The notes: generated by a model from the letters alone, not told the origin. A DNA stretch of 64,000 bases from Eledone cirrhosa (GCA_964016885.1 OZ024746.1:2108001-2172000); one strand, 5' to 3'. Positions 1 through 12,981 are shown, numbered from the stretch's first letter. Translations and numbers: made by a program.

Positions 1-745
1 GGGATCCAGGAGGATCATTTAGAGACGGTTGATAGGACCCCTTAGAAGGTGTGTCTGAGGAATCTGTCCCCATAACTCTTTCAAGAACTAATTGGACTAG
101 AGAATGTTTCGTTTATATATCTTCCCATTCCTGCTAAGAACCCCTCCAGTCGACCCTAAACCTGTTGATATTTAAGTATTAACTGAGGAAATGAACTTCG
201 AACCAAGAATAAATGGAATCGATGCGTAACAGTTTGAAAAGAAACATGGTAGGGCAAACTTAGAAAAAGATCAAATTCCAATGCTCCCGAAAGGAACTGG
301 TAGGCGCTGCCTGGGACCATCAGGCACCCGTAAATGCTGTTTCAAATTGCTGATAGGGTTAGCTCAGCATAGACATGCTCCTAAGAAATACATTAGCTTT
401 GTAAAACAAAGTTTGGAGTAGCTCCAAGTTTAGAGATTATATTCTAGATGTTCTAAACATGCTAGTTTACCGGTTTAAAAAAGCACAATAGAATTTTCGG
501 CCTAAAGTACCGGCAAATTCCTGTGAAGATCAAGAAAAAGAACCGACAAATTTCGATCACTTGATGCAGAACATTGACACTCCACAAACAAAACAGTCTA
601 AATACCAACAGAAAAACATAATATCCATAATCAGGGCCTATATAGAAACAGCAAAACAATTTAAAACCAGAAATCACGAAAAATTTTGCTGAAATTATTG
701 TATATCAGTAAGTTCCAAAAAGACAAAAGCTGTACAGCTGGTTGA

Positions 746-795
<50 letters not shown>

Positions 796-1689
796 GGTGG
801 TGGAGAGAAGAGAGATCTATTTGTTTAATGGTTTCGTACGTTACAATGTCGTGGCAAGGAGGAATAAAGCGTTATGCATAAATGTCTACAGTGAAAATAT
901 ATTGAAAAACAAAAAATCATATTTTTTTTCTAAGTTCAATTAAATGGAATAAAGGATATCTAAAGACCAAAATCTTCGTTACTCCAGAGTAAACCATGAT
1001 GGACTGAAAACCCAACGAAGCTAATAAAAATGTGAACTTTTAATAAAGGTTTTAAAATAAATATCTTCACTGCAGAAAATTAATTATTGGATAAAGCACC
1101 ATACTTTTTATTTATTAAATTTATTTTTTACATTAAACACCCTATAAACCAATATAATTGCGCGAAAGTAACCGGATGGCATTTGCCTTTCATCCTTACG
1201 AGGTCGATAAAATAAAGTACCAGTAATGTACTGAGTAATTGCTGGCCTTGTGCCAAAAGTAGAAACACTATCAGCAATGTTAAATCACATAAGGTTGAAA
1301 ATAGATTTGTTTGTGATCATATTCGAGGAAATCACGCCTATTAACGATCACTTACTTCAGTAAACCCTCCACGCAGTAACCAAGTATCAAAATAGGAAAA
1401 CATTGTAAATGGGGCACCAATCGACCAAATGCACCAACATCATTTAACGTCCTTTCTCCCTATCTGCCTGTCTCTATATATACACTATGTGTTTATATTT
1501 CTTAGTTTAATTCCAAACGCGCCAAGAAAATATTGCATGTAGGACTCGAAAGAGACATACCACTAAACAGAAGCTTTTTACTTTCATTTGTGGACCATTA
1601 AAAGTTGTAATGTTCTCATTTTCTATAATTAAATCGTATTATAGATGTATGTTATATACATATATAATGTGTACTATTGAGACGTTAGT

Positions 1690-1820
1690 TCTTGTCTCAT
1701 GACCCTGTAATAAACAGGCTAATCTCCAGAGTAACAAGATTCACTATTTAACCTTAATAAAATGAATATTAAAACTCCATTTCGGTATTGAGTACTCTTT
1801 TCTCTCAGCCATCAACCACA
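1690..1820 (+). mobile_element. Penelope-pLTR-like fragment with a decayed type I hammerhead (1690-1739)
   Basis: UCUUGU-CUcAUGA-c-CCUGU/ACAGG-c-uAAu-CUC ca GAG-UA-ACAAGA: stems intact, core mutated. Same family as 23186-23313; ends near a (TA)n run. Confidence 0.7.
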
Positions 1821-1845
1821 CACGGATGGATATATATATATATAT

Positions 1846-2027
1846 ATAGGAGAAAGTATGACCCCGACGGCAGAGCTCAAGCCGTTTCGACGGCTATTTC
1901 TGGACTAGTTCAGAAATAGCCGTCGAAACGGTCATACTTTCTCCTATTACCCACTCTACTACCCTAAGTATTGAGTACTCTGGTGCATTATGGACCATCT
2001 GGTTCCTTACCACAACTCCTTCGTTAT
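1846..2027. mobile_element. Palindromic Penelope-pLTR-like fragment; related copy at 17330-17400
   Basis: Inverted repeats 1846-1863/1930-1947 and 1882-1902/1911-1931. Carries the hammerhead 3' half GAAACGGUC. Flanked by (TA)n on both sides. Confidence 0.55.
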
Positions 2028-2275
2028 ATATATATATATATACAAGTGTAGTTTAAAAAGATATCTAATATTTAATTTACAATTCACAAAAAAACCCAAG
2101 GACTGAGGTGAAAATAAATTTTACATGTAGTTAAACTCTTTATCATCGATGATCAAACAAAATGAAATTGGTTTAAAGTGAGAAAATAAAACATCGATAC
2201 TTCTGGGTAATTTGTTGTCAATGAAGAAAGCAGTTACGTCCCTTGTCTACCTTAGGAACAAATATATATTGTAAG

Positions 2276-2413
2276 ACAACGGTATGGATGACCAAAGAGT
2301 AATAAGAGGAGAAATCGCATGAAATATATAAACACTTATATATATATTGTACACACACAACGGTATGGATGACTCAAGAGTAATACGATGAAAAATTGCA
2401 CGAAATATATAAA
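2276..2413. repeat. Imperfect ~57-bp direct repeat, two copies
   Basis: ACAACGGTATGGATGAC..AAGAGTAATA.GA.GA.AAAT.GCA.GAAATATATAAA at ~2276 and ~2357. Confidence 0.75.
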
Positions 2414-3376
2414 TAAATAGTCGCCTGTTTAGAATAAGAATACGATGAGTCTTTTTCTATGGAAGACGCCTCGATCCATAACATTTCTGATTATATCAGG
2501 GAAATCTTTTAGCGTCAACTAAATTACTACAGATTATTAAAAAAAAATTTACTATTTAAAATAAATATTTATTTTCAATATTTCCGATAATAAAGTTTTG
2601 AGATTAATGTGGATGGTCGGCTACGCAGTTGATTGACTGCGCTATCCTTCACCACAGCTGCCAACCACGCTAGATTTTTGAAATCCAATAACCTACACAA
2701 CAAATCCACATCGTTTGGATAAAAATACCACCGGAAGCTGATCAAAAGCACACAAGGGACATACTAAATATAATGTGCGAATTGTACGAATTTCTTTTGG
2801 TGGGGGCGCTAATGATCCCTCTCAAATGTTCACATTTTTCGTATACCCATTTTAAAACCGGATTTAACGCTAGTAACGAGAGTATATAATTAAAAGCATA
2901 GATATTACAAATCGAAACGAATAAGAACTACTAACACAGAGGTATAAAAGTGAATAATTTACTAGAGGGGGAAAGAGCTTCCATGTTAGAGAAGCTTAGT
3001 TCGTACCATGATACCAAGGAGCCAAGAAGACAAATTGGTCACTAAGTGAGGGATTTAATTTTCACTTTCACTGGAGCCAAGCAATGGAATTTAAAACTAT
3101 AGAAATCTAGACAAACATAAATATCTATAAAACGATTCTTCCTACTAAAAATAAACATAAATACCTACAATTCTAACTGAAAATATAATATATATTTAAC
3201 ATTTCACTTAATGTACAGAAAATATCTGAAAATTATACTTAAAATAGCGAGCAATCATAAATGATAAACAATTTAATAATACTTACATAAAAAAGTTGTT
3301 AACTATTTCATACTAAAATATCCAATAAAAATAACGACACACTTCACACAGAGCGTGAAATATATAAAAAGGATAC

Positions 3377-3646
3377 AGCAGTAACCCAAAAGTTGGGAAT
3401 TTTCTTTATAAGCTCATTTCTCCGATCGAAGTATGGTCTTCTTAATTTGTTAAATTTCTGTTCAACTTTCAGAATCTCTTCGCTCGCTTTCTCATTCAGG
3501 GCATCGATTTCGTTTTGACACGAATCGATGTCTTCCAAAGCCTTTTGGGTTTCACTATCGAAATCACGACTTTCTTCAGCTTCAGAGCTTGCTTCTGAAA
3601 CGGCTACTTTTTGTACTTTGCGTGGTGTTCCTGTGCCCGTTTCCAT
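3377..3646 (-). CDS. SET: First coding exon of SET / TAF-I (NAP-family histone chaperone, I2PP2A); gene continues beyond the left edge of the window
   Basis: Translation ...ETQKALEDIDSCQNEIDALNEKASEEILKVEQKFNKLRRPYFDRRNELIKKIPNFWVTA matches the SET N-terminal dimerisation helix. Phase-0 donor GCT|GTATCC at 3377/3376. Acceptor (T)n-ATTTGCCTAG|G gives an exon start at 3706, which includes 5'UTR. Confidence 0.93.
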
Positions 3647-4042
3647 CTTTGATTCTGATCCTTCGACGTTATTACCTTTCTACAGTGAAGATTTCGCGGT
3701 TAAAACCTAGGCAAATAAAAAAAAAATTGGCAACAATTGAGCAGGCGTGCTCAGTCTTTGTGTATGTGTATGTATGTATATATATGTCTATACATATACT
3801 TATTTGTGTATATCTTAGGTACAGATATACAAACACATGTATAAATATATATATATTATATACACACTTGCCTTTCGCTATGGGTTTGGATACAGAAAAA
3901 ATAGAAAGCAGTGGAATCTGCGATTGTTAAATTACTTTTGTCTTTTTCAGTAAATACAGTGAAGATGGGCTCAGTTGGTGAGTGTTGTAACAAATAAGAA
4001 CGTTTGCAAAAGTTTGCAAGGTACCTTTGCGCAAATACTCAC

Positions 4043-4130
4043 GCTTCACGCGGGAGTATAAAATCAGAACAGTATGGATGAAGTGATTGGATAAACTAAA
4101 TGAATGGCGCCATCTCGATACATTCTTAAC
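4043..4130 (-). other. SET: Putative non-coding first exon of SET
   Basis: Strong minus-strand donor GAAGC|GTGAGT at 4043/4042 pairs with the acceptor at 3707 (336-nt intron). The 5' boundary is a guess. Confidence 0.5.
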
Positions 4131-4198
4131 CAATCGTTGTAGACGTCACATAAATATTCTCCACGGTAAACATCCGGGCACTGGAACCAGTGAACAAG
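4050..4198. promoter_or_regulatory. Bidirectional promoter between SET and the RSBN1-like gene
   Basis: CpG-richer island between divergent genes. Oppositely oriented CCAAT boxes (ATTGG ~4086-4090, CCAAT ~4130-4134), palindromic ATGGCGCCAT (YY1-like core on both strands, 4104-4113) and CRE-like GACGTCA (4142-4148). Confidence 0.65.
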
Positions 4199-4835
4199 AT
4201 GGAGGAAGTTGAACCAGAAGAAGACAAACCAATACGTACTGCTGAAGCTAACACTTTCATAGCTTTAGATTTTACCTGTAAACAAATTTGCACCGGCGAG
4301 GAACTGCCTCTGGTCGGGCTTGATATTACAAAAAGTACTGAGAGCGAAACACAGGACGAAGTGTCGGTAGCAGGCGTAACTAAACGAGACCTTCAGAGCT
4401 ATCGCAATTTACCTGGTCTGCTGTCACCACATGCAGCAGCTCATGTTGTGAAGGACGAGAACGATAATACAACTACAGCAACGTCGTCAACAACATCAAC
4501 AGCTACTACTACGACACCATCAGACGCTAAAAGGCCTAAACTTTCCGCTTCATTACCATCGCCTGGCCATCAACAACTGCCCGATCCTTGCGCTAGTCCC
4601 GAGTCGGGAAAGAGAAAGAGGATCCAGCATGATTATCGTCGGCTGTCCAGTTCTGGATATATGGACGACTATGTTAGTGGTAAAGAGAGGCGTTTCTCTT
4701 CGACTAGTGACTCTGATGTAAGCTCTTCACCGGCCTCACCTAAATCTAAAACCAATTCATCAACGAAGGTCAAAATGATCAAGCAATCACCTAATTCTTC
4801 TGAAACGTCACTCAATGGATTACCTTCAAATAAAG
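4199..4835 (+). CDS. RSBN1: Probable first coding exon of the RSBN1/RSBN1L (KDM9)-like gene; S/T/P-rich disordered N-terminus with an NLS-like KRKR
   Basis: 212-codon open frame from AAGATGG. Donor AAG|GTAAGA at 4835/4836 is phase 1 and matches the phase-1 acceptor at 60425/60426 (G+AT = Asp). Assignment to RSBN1 rests on phase and orientation, not on sequence recognition. Confidence 0.75.
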
Positions 4836-4899
4836 GTAAGAGTAATATTTATCTCTAAAAAAAAATAAACAAAACAAAAACCAGTGGTAGTATAAGATT

Positions 4900-5940
4900 G
4901 TGTGTGTATAAATGTGTATATGTATATATAGATATTTATTATATAATATAAATATATATTATATGAAAAAAAAAATTATATATACTATATGTACTGTATG
5001 TGGGATTATATAAAATAGTTATATATATGTATATATTGTATATATATATGTATTATATGTTGGATTATATTATATTGTATAAGTATTATATATATTTATA
5101 TATACATATTGTATATGTGTGTGTATTGTATTTATTCATTAATATATATATATTAATATATACATATATATATATATGTAATATGTATATATATTATATA
5201 TATATATATATGTATATTATATGTATTGTAATTATTATGTAAATATATATATATATTATGTATATATTATATAATATATATGGATATTTTATATATATGT
5301 ATGTTTATATGTATATATTATATGTGTATGTATAATATGTGTATGTATAATATATGTGTATGTATAATATGTGTATGTATAATATATATGTATATATAAT
5401 ATGTATGTATATATAATATATATATATATGTATATATGTTATATATGATATATATAATATGTATATATAATATGTATATATGATATATTTATGTATATAT
5501 AATATGTATATATGATATATTTATGTATATATAATATATATATATGATATATTTATGTATATATAATATATATATATGATATATATATATAATATATATA
5601 TATATATCATATATATATACATATATCATATGTATATATAATATATATATATATGTATATATGATATATATATATATCATATATACATATATCATATGTA
5701 TATATAATATATATATATGTATATATGATATATATATCATATATATATATATCATATATATATATATCATATATACATATATATATATTATATATACATA
5801 TGATATATGTATATATGATATATATATATATCATATATACATATATATATATCATATATATATATATCATATATACATATATCATATATATATATATATA
5901 TCATATATACATATATCATATATACATATATCATATATAT

Positions 5941-5973
<33 letters not shown>

Positions 5974-6360
5974 CATATATATATATATATCATATATATA
6001 TATATCATATATATATATATATCATATATATATATATGTATATATGATATATATATATGATATGAATATATGATATATATATATGATATATATATATGTT
6101 ATATCTATATATATATGTATATATGATATATGTATATATGATATATATATATATGATATATATATATGATATATGTATATATGTATATGATATATATATG
6201 TATATATGATATATGTATATATGATATATATATATATGATATATATATATGATATATGTATATATGTATATGATATATATATGTATATATGATATATATA
6301 TATATATTATATATATATATATTATATATGATATATATATATGATATATATGTATATATG

Positions 6361-6400
<40 letters not shown>

Positions 6401-6701
6401 GATATATGTATATATGATATATGTATATATGATAAATATATATATGATATGAATATATGATATATATGTGTATATGATATATATGTATATATATATATAT
6501 TATATATATACATATATATATTATATATACATATATATCATATATATATTTATATCATATATATATATATATCATATATATATATATTATGTATATATGA
6601 TATATATTATGTATATATGATATATATTATGTATATATGATATATATATTATGTATATATGATATATATTATGTTTATATGATATATATATATTATATAT
6701 G

Positions 6702-6736
<35 letters not shown>

Positions 6737-6753
6737 AATATATATGCATATAT

Positions 6754-6791
<38 letters not shown>

Positions 6792-7441
6792 AATATATGA
6801 TATGCATATATGATATATATATGTATATATGATATATATATGATATATATATATATGTATATATGATATATATATGATATATATATATATGTATATATGA
6901 TATATATATATTAATATATGATATGTATATATGATAAATATATATGTATATTTGATAAATATATATGTATATATGATATATATATATGTATATATGTATA
7001 TATGATATATATATATCATAGATATATGTATATATGATAAATATATATGTATATATATGATATATATGTATATGTGTATATGATATATATATATATGTAT
7101 ATATGATATATATGTATGTATGATATATATGTATATATGATATATATATATATATATGTATATATGATATATATATATGTATGTATGATATATATGTATA
7201 TATGATATATATATATATATGTATATATGATATATATATATATATGTATATATGATATATATATATGTATGTATGATATATATGTATGTATGATATATAT
7301 ATATGTATATATGATATATATGTATATATGTTATATATATATATATATGATATATATGTATATATGTTATATATATATATATATGATATATATGTATATA
7401 TGTTATATATATATATATATATATGATATATATATATATGT

Positions 7442-7473
<32 letters not shown>

Positions 7474-7480
7474 TATATGT

Positions 7481-7512
<32 letters not shown>

Positions 7513-7718
7513 TATATGTTATATATATATATGTATATATATATATATGTTATATATGTATATGATATATATGTATATGATATATATGTATATATGATAT
7601 ATATATATATATGTATATATGATATATATATATATGTATATATGATATATGTATATATGATATATATGTATATATGATATATATATATGTATATATGATA
7701 TATATATATGTATATATG

Positions 7719-7749
<31 letters not shown>

Positions 7750-7940
7750 TATATTATATTTTTGTATATATGATATATATATATATATATATATGATATA
7801 TATATATATATTATATTTTTGTATATATGATATATATATATATATATATATGATATATATATATATATTATATTTTTGTATATATGATATATATATATTA
7901 TATTTTTGTATATATGATATATATTATATTTTTGTATATA

Positions 7941-7976
<36 letters not shown>

Positions 7977-8060
7977 TTTGTATATATGATATATATATAT
8001 ATTATATTTTTGTATATATGATATATATATTATATATATTTGTATATATATTATATATAT
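4900..8060. repeat. Compound (TA)n / TATG / TGA microsatellite field
   Basis: About 3.1 kb of near-pure alternating TA with periodic G/C interruptions. Confidence 0.97.
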
Positions 8061-8380
8061 GGAGGCACATGGCTTAGTGGTTAGAGCATTGGCCTTGCAA
8101 TCGAAAGGTTGTGAGTTCAATTCTCAGACCAGGTGATGTGTTGTTTCCTTGAGCAAGACACTTTATTTCACATTGCTCCAGTTTACTCAGCTGTAGAAAT
8201 GAGATGATAGGGGATGGGGTCCCTATCATTCCACTGTAAAGTGGTTGTGGAGGTCCCACGGCAACAAAGCACCCAGCACTCACTGTAAATGAAAAAGGGC
8301 ATCCAGCTGTAGAAATCAAGCCAGAATCAGTTCCCGTCCCATCCTTGCAAGCAGGGAAAAGCTGACGTAAAATGATGATG
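8061..8380 (+). mobile_element. tRNA-derived SINE with CORE-like middle and RTE-type (GAT)n tail
   Basis: Head GGAGGCACATGGCTTAGTGGTTAGAGCA (A box) and GAGTTCAATTC (B box), CCTTGAGCAAGACACTT CORE-like block, tail ...GACGTAAAATGATGATG. Four closely similar copies in the window. Confidence 0.88.
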
Positions 8381-8418
8381 ATATATATATATCTGCGTAT
8401 ATATACATATATATCTGC

Positions 8419-8458
<40 letters not shown>

Positions 8459-8478
8459 GCGGATATATATGTATATAT

Positions 8479-8512
<34 letters not shown>

Positions 8513-8554
8513 CAAAGTGTTAAAACGATCAAATTTTAGTTTAGAACATTTATT

Positions 8555-8601
8555 TGCTGACAATTGTTTCTTTCAGAGGGAAGTCTGGAATCATCTGAGC
8601 A
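8555..8601 (-). ncRNA. Type I hammerhead ribozyme motif, U4A variant (mirror copy)
   Basis: Reverse complement of 9094-9140 with one stem II mismatch. Confidence 0.75.
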
Positions 8602-9093
8602 GAGGGAATGTTGAAACATATGACTAAAATCCTAGTCATTTAGAACATTTAGGGTATATAATTGTTTTTAGTGTCAAATGCATCTTGTGGAGAGTCGAAA
8701 CAAATACCTACATTATCACCACCTGCCTCTCTAACAAATTGCACACTATCTTTAACAATTATAACATGATTTAACACCCCACTCAAAATATGTTTATTTC
8801 AACTGCATTATAACTCTTTTCTCATACATGCTTATTGACAGTATTGACTCCTGCATTGTACCTGAATATTTATGGTTTATCCTTTTCGCTTACACATCTT
8901 ACACTCTCAACCAGTGCTGCCTGTAATTGTGTTCTTTCAAGCAAAACATCTTTTTAACTCCTGACTCTCCACATGATGCCTTTGACACTAAAAACAATTA
9001 TGTACCCTAAAAACAATTATGTACCCTAAAAACAATTATGTACACTAAAAACAATTATGTACCCTAAAAACAAAACTGTTTCAAGATTCCCTC

Positions 9094-9140
9094 TGCTCAG
9101 ATGATTCCAGACTTCCCTCTGGAAGAAACAATTGTCAGCA
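9094..9140 (+). ncRNA. Type I hammerhead ribozyme motif, U4A core variant
   Basis: UGCU-CAGAUGA-UUCCAGA(cuuccc)UCUGGAA-GAAA-CAAUUG-UC^-AGCA; palindromic stem III ACAAUUGU, GUC cleavage triplet. Confidence 0.8.
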
Positions 9141-9190
9141 AATAAATGTTCTAAACTAAAATTTGATCGTTTTAACACTTTGTATCTCGG

Positions 9191-9223
<33 letters not shown>

Positions 9224-9267
9224 ATCTTTGGATTTTAGTCTTCAAATTTATTATTATTACTATATAT

Positions 9268-9603
9268 ATCATCATCATCATTTTACGTCCGCTTTTCCCT
9301 GCTTGCAAGGGTGGGACGGGAACTGATTCTGGCTTGATTTCTACAGCTGGATGCCCTTCCTAACACCAACCTCATTTACAGTGAGTGGTGGGTGCTTATT
9401 TGCCGTGGCACCTGCACGACCACTTTACAGTGGAATGATAGGGACCCCAGTCCCTATCATCTCATTTCTACAGCTGAGTGAACTGGAGCAATGTGAAATA
9501 AAGTGTCTTGCTCAAGGAAACAACACATCACCCGGTCTGAGAATTGAACTCACAACCTTTCGATTGCAAGGCCAATGCTCTAACCACTAAGCCATGTGCC
9601 TCC
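9268..9603 (-). mobile_element. tRNA-derived CORE-like SINE, same family as 8061, inverted
   Basis: Reverse complement of the 8061/13549 family, including the (ATC)n tail. Confidence 0.88.
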
Positions 9604-10059
9604 ATCATATATTTATATATCTATATATATGTATATATATGTGTATATATGTATATATATGTTATCTGTATATATATATATATGTATATGTATCTGTATA
9701 TATATGTATATGTATCTGTATATATATATATATGTATTATATATATGTATATATATATGTACATATATATGTATATATATGTATATATATAGATGTATAT
9801 ATATATAGATGTATATATATATATAGATGTATATATATATATAGATGTATATATATATATAGATGTATATATATATATATATGTATATATATATGTATAT
9901 ATATAGATGTATATATATATAGATGTATATATATATAGATGTATATATATATATAGATGTATATATATATAGATGTATATATATATATATATGTATATAT
10001 ATAGATGTATATATATATATATATAGATGTATATATATATATATGTATATATATAGATG

Positions 10060-10099
<40 letters not shown>

Positions 10100-10135
10100 G
10101 ATGTATATATATATATATATGTATATATATAGATG

Positions 10136-10172
<37 letters not shown>

Positions 10173-10657
10173 GTATATATATAGATGTATATATGTATAT
10201 ATATATATGTATATATATATATGTATATATATATATGTATATATATGTATATATATATATGTATATATATAGATGTATATATATAGATGTATATATATAT
10301 ATGTATATATGTACATATATAGATGTATATATATATATGTATATGTATATATATATATGTATGTATATATATGTATATATATATATGTATATATATATAT
10401 GTATATATATATATGTATATATATATATGTATATATATATATGTATATATATATATGTATATATATATATGTATATGTATATATGTATATGGATATATGT
10501 ATATATATATATGTATATATGTATATATGTATATGTATATATGTATATATATATATGTATATATGTATATATATATATGTATATATGTATATATATATAT
10601 GTATATGTATATATATGTATATGTATATATATATATATGTATATATATATGTATATG

Positions 10658-10688
<31 letters not shown>

Positions 10689-10757
10689 GTATATGTATAT
10701 ATATGTATATATATATATATGTATATGTATATGTATATATATGTATATATGTATATG

Positions 10758-10806
<49 letters not shown>

Positions 10807-10977
10807 ATATATGTATATGTATATATATATATATGTATATGTATATATATGTATATGTATATATATATATATGTATATATGTATATATATATATATATGT
10901 ATATATGTATATATATATATGTATATAGATATATGTATATATATATATGTATATATATATATGTATATATATATATG

Positions 10978-11028
<51 letters not shown>

Positions 11029-11143
11029 GTATATATATATGTATATATATATATATGTATATATATATGTATATATATATATATGTATATATATGTATAT
11101 ATATATATATGTATATATGTATATATATATATATGTATATATG

Positions 11144-11174
<31 letters not shown>

Positions 11175-11403
11175 GTATATATATATGTATATATATATAT
11201 ATGTATATATATATATGTATATATATATATGTATATATGTATATATGTATATATATATATGTATATATGTATATGTATGTATATATGTATATATATATAT
11301 ATGTATATATATATATGTATATATGTATATATATATATGTATGTATATATGTATGTATATATATATGTATATATATATGTATATATGTATATATATATGT
11401 ATA

Positions 11404-11433
<30 letters not shown>
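9604..11433. repeat. (TA)n / GTATA microsatellite field
   Basis: About 1.8 kb of low-complexity TA. Confidence 0.97.
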
Positions 11434-11434
<1 letters not shown>

Positions 11435-12582
11435 GGATCAAGAGCTTCCTGTCAAACAGAACCCAACATGTTGTAGTTGAGGGAGTCAAATCAAGCCCAG
11501 CCAAAGTCAGTAGTGGGGTCCCACAAGGGACTGTGTTGGGCCCACTTCTCTTCATCATCTATATTAATGACATCACTGACATCATCAAACACAGCAACAT
11601 TAAAATTTTCGCTGATGATTCCAAGCTCCAAAATGTCATCACTGGCGTGGATGACCGGATAAGCCTTCAGTCAGACGTACTGGCTGTTACCCAATGGGCA
11701 GAAAAGAACAACATGTTATTGAACGAAGACAAATTGGAACTGATCCACTTTGGAAAAGAGGATGCTCTGAAACTCCTGTACTCCCTTCCCTCCGGGGAAA
11801 CTCTCGTGGCATCTAACAACATCAGAGACTTGGGAGTAACCGTGGACAGCAACATAAGCTGGACCACGCATATAAGCAGCAAAGTTGACATGGCCCGCCG
11901 AATGTGTTCCTGGATCCTCAGAACCTTCCAGTCGAGAGATTCCCGCACCATTATCCTTCTCTTCTCTACTTTTGCCCGACCACACCTTGAATACTGTTGT
12001 CCACTGTGGTCTCCCCACACGAAACAAAGTATCATGAAACTTGAAGCTCCTCAAAGGGCAATCACGAAAAAGATAGATGGCATGTCAGACCTTGACTACT
12101 GGGGTCGATTAGAAAACCTGAAACTTTACTCACTCCAACGTCGCCGTGAGCGTTATATTATCTGCATGATGTGGAAAATGTTGCATCATCACTGCCCAAA
12201 TAATGTTGGCATCGCCTTCAAGATACACCCAAGGCTTGGGCCCCGTGCTATCCGTCCCATTCAAAAATCTAAATCGCAACTCATAACAACAATACGGCAC
12301 AATTATTTCACCTCAATCGGCCCTGCTCTCTTCAACATCACACCAGGACACGTCAAAACAGAAACTGACCACACAAAATTCAAGAAGTCTTTGGACAAAT
12401 TCCTCCAAGTAATCCCGGACAAACCACCCACACCCGGATATGTCTCCGCAAACAGTAATTCTCTTCTCGAATGGGCCATGGTGCCCAAATCCTGAATTGA
12501 AAGACTTCGCCAGGTGGTGCTATTAAGTTAGACATGGCCTGGGCCAATACTGGCCAAAACATTTCAAAGTTATTCAAAGTTA
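11434..12582 (+). mobile_element. 5'-truncated CR1/L2-group LINE: C-terminal RT ORF2 fragment plus 3'UTR
   Basis: Uninterrupted frame [17 protein letters not shown]...[21 protein letters not shown]...IFADDSKL...[13 protein letters not shown]...[10 protein letters not shown], stop at 12495. Tail (TTCAAAGTTA)x2 runs into (TA)n. Confidence 0.92.
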
Positions 12583-12586
12583 TATG

Positions 12587-12621
<35 letters not shown>

Positions 12622-12626
12622 GTATG

Positions 12627-12679
<53 letters not shown>

Positions 12680-12750
12680 GTATATATGTATATGTATGTA
12701 TATATGTATATGTGTATATGTATGTATATACGTATATGTGTATATGTATG

Positions 12751-12781
<31 letters not shown>

Positions 12782-12949
12782 GTATATAGTATATATATAT
12801 ATGTATATATGTATATATATGTATATATGTATATATATATATATGTATATATGTATATATATGTATATATATATATATATGTATATATGTATATATATGT
12901 ATATATGTATATATATGTATATATGTATATATATATATATGTATATATG

Positions 12950-12981
<32 letters not shown>

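Larger units (their letters stand above)
8513..9182. mobile_element. Inverted-repeat element with ~105-bp arms, each carrying a hammerhead motif (Penelope-pLTR-like)
   Basis: 8513-8618 is the near-perfect reverse complement of 9077-9182. A second inner inverted repeat lies at ~8649-8697/8963-9010, with a 19-bp tandem AAAAACAATTATGTACCCT x4 at ~8990-9070. Confidence 0.85.

Noticed and set aside
1-740. Possible further SET exon or element ORF
   Set aside because: No FVNHP-like SET continuation or recognisable domain was found; probably a repeat fragment, left unassigned.
8061-8135. tRNA gene
   Set aside because: A and B boxes are present but there is no proper cloverleaf, and it continues into a SINE body found in four copies.
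8960-9010. Second hammerhead in the inner inverted repeat of the 8513-9182 element
   Set aside because: Only vague similarity (AUGAUG...AAAACAAUUAUGUA); core and stem I do not fit.
11612-11618. CTGATGA / TCATCAG matches inside RT or transposase sequence (also ~24900, 29663, 58655, 58764)
   Set aside because: These are coding-derived (for example ADD codons) with no GAAA or stems at suitable spacing.
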